Source of the DNA: a virus
DNA length: 64,000 nt
Virus genome (UHGV): UHGV-0351052
Direction: 5' to 3' (one strand)
The position numbers and the translations under genes are program-made. The notes beneath the pieces are model-generated. The model ran no database searches and was not told the DNA's origin. It saw only the letters and a program-made list of their open reading frames with translations. Within the stretch, counting starts at the first letter, position 1, and each line of letters starts with the position of its first letter. Positions 61,396 to 64,000 of the stretch are shown piece by piece.

Positions 61396-63660
61396 TCATA
61401 ATTTACAGGATGAACAGTCTTCAGCTTTTGGAGTTTCTATTTCATAATCATCAGTACCAGAACCATCACGGGTATTATGATAATAGAAATTTTTAATGCC
61501 ATAATACCATCCGTATAGCATGTCATCAATCATTATTGACATTGGAACCTTTCCTTTTGGAAAAATCTGCGGGTCATAATATGTATTCGCTGAAGCCGAT
61601 TGACATATCCATTTCAGCATAATAGCTACCTGCGTAAGATAAGGTTTATTACCTTTCTTAGCTAATTTCCATGTATAATCATAGAGGTCTATGTTATGCT
61701 CAATATTGGGCACGACTTGATTAAAGGAGCCCTCTTTTGATTCTTTAACAGAGACTGGTCCACGTGGAGGCTCGATACCGTTTGTACTGTTAGAAACTTG
61801 GGAAGATGACTCACACGGCATAAGTGCTGATAATGTGCTATTACGGATGCCAAAGAGCTTAAGGTCTTCCCGCAGCGACGACCAGTCACAAACGTATTTT
61901 GGAGCTGCGATTTGGTCAATCTTTTTATTGTACCAGTCGATAGGTAATTCGCCTCGAGACCAACGAGTGTCTGAATAATATTCGCAAGGTCCTTTTTCTT
62001 TGGCGAGCTTAATGGATGCTTTAATGAGTCCATACTGTAATCTCTCAAATAGTTCATGTGTTAAATCGTTAGCATCTTCATAAGAAGCAAAGTTACTTGC
62101 CAGCCAAGCTGCATAGTTAGTAACACCTACACCAAGGTTACGACGCTTTTTAGCTTTTTCTGCTTCAGGAACTGGATATCCTTGGTAATCCAAAAGATTA
62201 TCAAGAGCACGAACCTGGACTTCTGCCAATTCATTAATTTTATCTTGGTCTTGCCAGTCAAAATTATCCAGTACGAAGGCAGAGAGAGTACAGAGCCCAA
62301 TTTCAGCATCAGGACTATTCACATCATTTGTTGGAATAGCAATTTCACAGCACAAGTTACTCTGACGAATAGGTGCCTTTTCACGAATAAACGGAGTATA
62401 GTTATTCGTATTATCAATGAACTGCACATAAATCCTTGCTGTTCCTGAACGTTCAGTCATGAGCAATTCAAATAGTTCACGGGCTTTAATACGCTTTTTA
62501 CGAATATTAGGGTCTTTTTCTGCTGCTTCGTATAATTCACGGAAACGGTCTTGGTCTTTAAAATAAGAATAATAAAGCTCTCCGCCCATTTCATGGGGAC
62601 TGAACAAAGTAATGTAATCGTTCTTTCCAAAACGTTCCATCATCAAATCATTCAGTTGAACACCATAATCCATATGACGAATGCGGTTTTCTTCTACGCC
62701 TTTGTTATTTTTCAAAACAAGAAGATTTTCAACTTCCAAATGCCAAATAGGATAATAAGCAGTAGCAGCGCCGCCACGAATTCCACCCTGTGAGCATGAT
62801 TTAACAGCAGTCTGAAAATGTTTCCAAAAAGGAATAACACCAGTATGGCGTACTTCACCCATGCCAATCTTAGAACCTTCGGCACGAATCATACCAACGT
62901 TAATACCGATTCCAGCTCGTTTGGAAATATATTCAACAATTGAAGCAGAAGCCTTATTGATAGACTTCAGTGAATCGCCTGCCTCAATAACAACGCATGA
63001 ACTAAACTGCCGAGTTGGAGTACGGCAACCAGCCATAATAGGAGTTGGTAATGAAATCTGTCGAGTAGATACTGCTTCATAAAAACGGATAACATGTTTT
63101 AATCTATCAACAGGTTCATCTTGATGCAGTGCCATTCCAATAGCCATAAATGCAAACTGTGGAGTTTCATAAATTTGACCAGTGGTTTTATCTTTAACTA
63201 AATATTTTTCTTTTAATTGCATCGCCCCGGAATAAGTAAATTCCATATCCCGTTCGTGCTTAATTTTTGATTCTAAAAATGTAATTTCTTCTGCTGAATA
63301 TTTTGACAATAATTCAGGGTCATATTTACCTTCATTTACACAGTAAGAAATATGGTCAATAAATGAACGTGGTTCATACTGCCCATAAACATGCTTACGA
63401 AGAGCGAACATTAAACAGCGTGCAGCTACATATTGATAATCAGGTTCTTCAACCGAAATAGAATTCGCAGCGGCCTTAATGACAATAGTCTGAATATCAT
63501 CAGTTGTCATTCCATCACGGAGATAAGATTTAATATTTTCATATAATTCATAAGGATCTACTGATGTTCCTTCAGCTGCCCAAGATAAAACTTTAATAAT
63601 TTTTTGTGGGTCAAAGCTCTGAGAAACACCACTACTTTTGATAACATTAATTAATTGCAT
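61396..63660 (-). CDS. nrdA: Ribonucleotide reductase large subunit NrdA
   Basis: Start at MQLINVIKSSGVSQSFDPQKI gives 754 aa; track ORF has a 32-codon upstream extension that overlaps the divergent promoter region. Confidence 0.95.
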   Translation of the reverse strand: MQLINVIKSSGVSQSFDPQKIIKVLSWAAEGTSVDPYELYENIKSYLRDGMTTDDIQTIVIKAAANSISVEEPDYQYVAARCLMFALRKHVYGQYEPRSFIDHISYCVNEGKYDPELLSKYSAEEITFLESKIKHERDMEFTYSGAMQLKEKYLVKDKTTGQIYETPQFAFMAIGMALHQDEPVDRLKHVIRFYEAVSTRQISLPTPIMAGCRTPTRQFSSCVVIEAGDSLKSINKASASIVEYISKRAGIGINVGMIRAEGSKIGMGEVRHTGVIPFWKHFQTAVKSCSQGGIRGGAATAYYPIWHLEVENLLVLKNNKGVEENRIRHMDYGVQLNDLMMERFGKNDYITLFSPHEMGGELYYSYFKDQDRFRELYEAAEKDPNIRKKRIKARELFELLMTERSGTARIYVQFIDNTNNYTPFIREKAPIRQSNLCCEIAIPTNDVNSPDAEIGLCTLSAFVLDNFDWQDQDKINELAEVQVRALDNLLDYQGYPVPEAEKAKKRRNLGVGVTNYAAWLASNFASYEDANDLTHELFERLQYGLIKASIKLAKEKGPCEYYSDTRWSRGELPIDWYNKKIDQIAAPKYVCDWSSLREDLKLFGIRNSTLSALMPCESSSQVSNSTNGIEPPRGPVSVKESKEGSFNQVVPNIEHNIDLYDYTWKLAKKGNKPYLTQVAIMLKWICQSASANTYYDPQIFPKGKVPMSIMIDDMLYGWYYGIKNFYYHNTRDGSGTDDYEIETPKAEDCSSCKL

Positions 63661-63685
63661 AAGTCCTCTGTAGTAAGTTACCCCA

Positions 63686-63693
63686 TATAAATA
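63686..63693 (+). promoter_or_regulatory. Late promoter box TATAAATA upstream of the I-TevI-like gene
   Basis: Exact TATAAATA, followed by AGGAGA SD and ATG at 63716. Confidence 0.55.
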
Positions 63694-63715
63694 TAATTTT
63701 ATATAGGAGAATATA

Positions 63716-64000
63716 ATGAAATCTGGAATATATGCTATTATAAACACTAAAACCAATAAGCACTATATAGGAAGTGCAATTAATTTTGAAGAACGATGGA
63801 AACGACACTTTAAAGATTTAGATAATGGAAATCATCATTCAATAAAGCTGCAGCGTTCTTATAATAAGCATGGGAAAGATGCTTTCGTATGTAAAATCAT
63901 AGAAGAACTTCCATACGAAAAATCTATCATTATTGAACGTGAAAATTATTGGATACATGAATATGACTCAAAGGAAAATGGGTATAATATAGCAGACGCA
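63716..64000 (+). CDS. I-TevI-like GIY-YIG homing endonuclease, N-terminal part (partial, runs off window end)
   Basis: Hand translation MKSGIYAIINTKTNKHYIGSAINFEERWKRHFKDLDNGNHHSIKLQRSYNKHGKDAFVCKIIEELPYEKSIIIERENYWIHEYDSKENGYNIADA: GIY...YIG, R, H, E and N catalytic-domain landmarks, very similar to I-TevI as I recall it. Confidence 0.8.
   Translation, partial: MKSGIYAIINTKTNKHYIGSAINFEERWKRHFKDLDNGNHHSIKLQRSYNKHGKDAFVCKIIEELPYEKSIIIERENYWIHEYDSKENGYNIADA

Noticed and set aside
62182-63082. Plus-strand ORFs inside nrdA
   Set aside because: Antisense to nrdA, a highly conserved enzyme gene.
61396-63756. N-terminal extensions of track ORFs (nrdA 786 aa; likewise denA 144 aa, gp11 225 aa, gp20 528 aa)
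   Set aside because: Conserved protein starts lie at internal Met codons (MQLINVIK for NrdA, MKEIATEY for DenA, MSLLNN for gp11, MKFNVL for gp20); the extensions run into promoter/terminator sequence.

Overview
This window reads as a contiguous segment of a T4-like (Tevenvirinae) myovirus genome, with gene order and protein sequences matching my recollection of phage T4 almost residue for residue. I found no feature I can defend as a previously undescribed system. From 1 to about 42.1 kb it is the late structural block, mostly on the + strand: gp5 C-terminus, a GIY-YIG endonuclease-like gene, gp5.4 PAAR tip, baseplate wedge gp6-gp12, fibritin, neck gp13-gp15, terminase gp16/gp17, tail sheath and tube, portal, prohead core, major capsid gp23 and vertex gp24. 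Embedded in it is a minus-strand island (rnlB, hoc, inh), then uvsW/uvsY and the baseplate hub genes gp25-gp54. From about 42.2 kb to the end it is an early/middle block on the - strand: two tandem Alt-like ADP-ribosyltransferases, DNA ligase gp30, a run of small ORFs, rIII, gp31, dCMP deaminase, polynucleotide kinase, a spanin pair, alc, rnlA, denA, and nrdB split by a group I intron, then nrdA. A partial I-TevI-like GIY-YIG gene runs off the 3' end on the + strand. The points most worth a second look are the homing-endonuclease content (which differs from what I recall for T4), the tandem Alt paralogs, a NADAR/YbiA-like small protein, and a 54-bp perfect repeat at two promoter-like sites. 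All identifications rest on reading the ORF translations and sequence by eye; no searches or computations were run.
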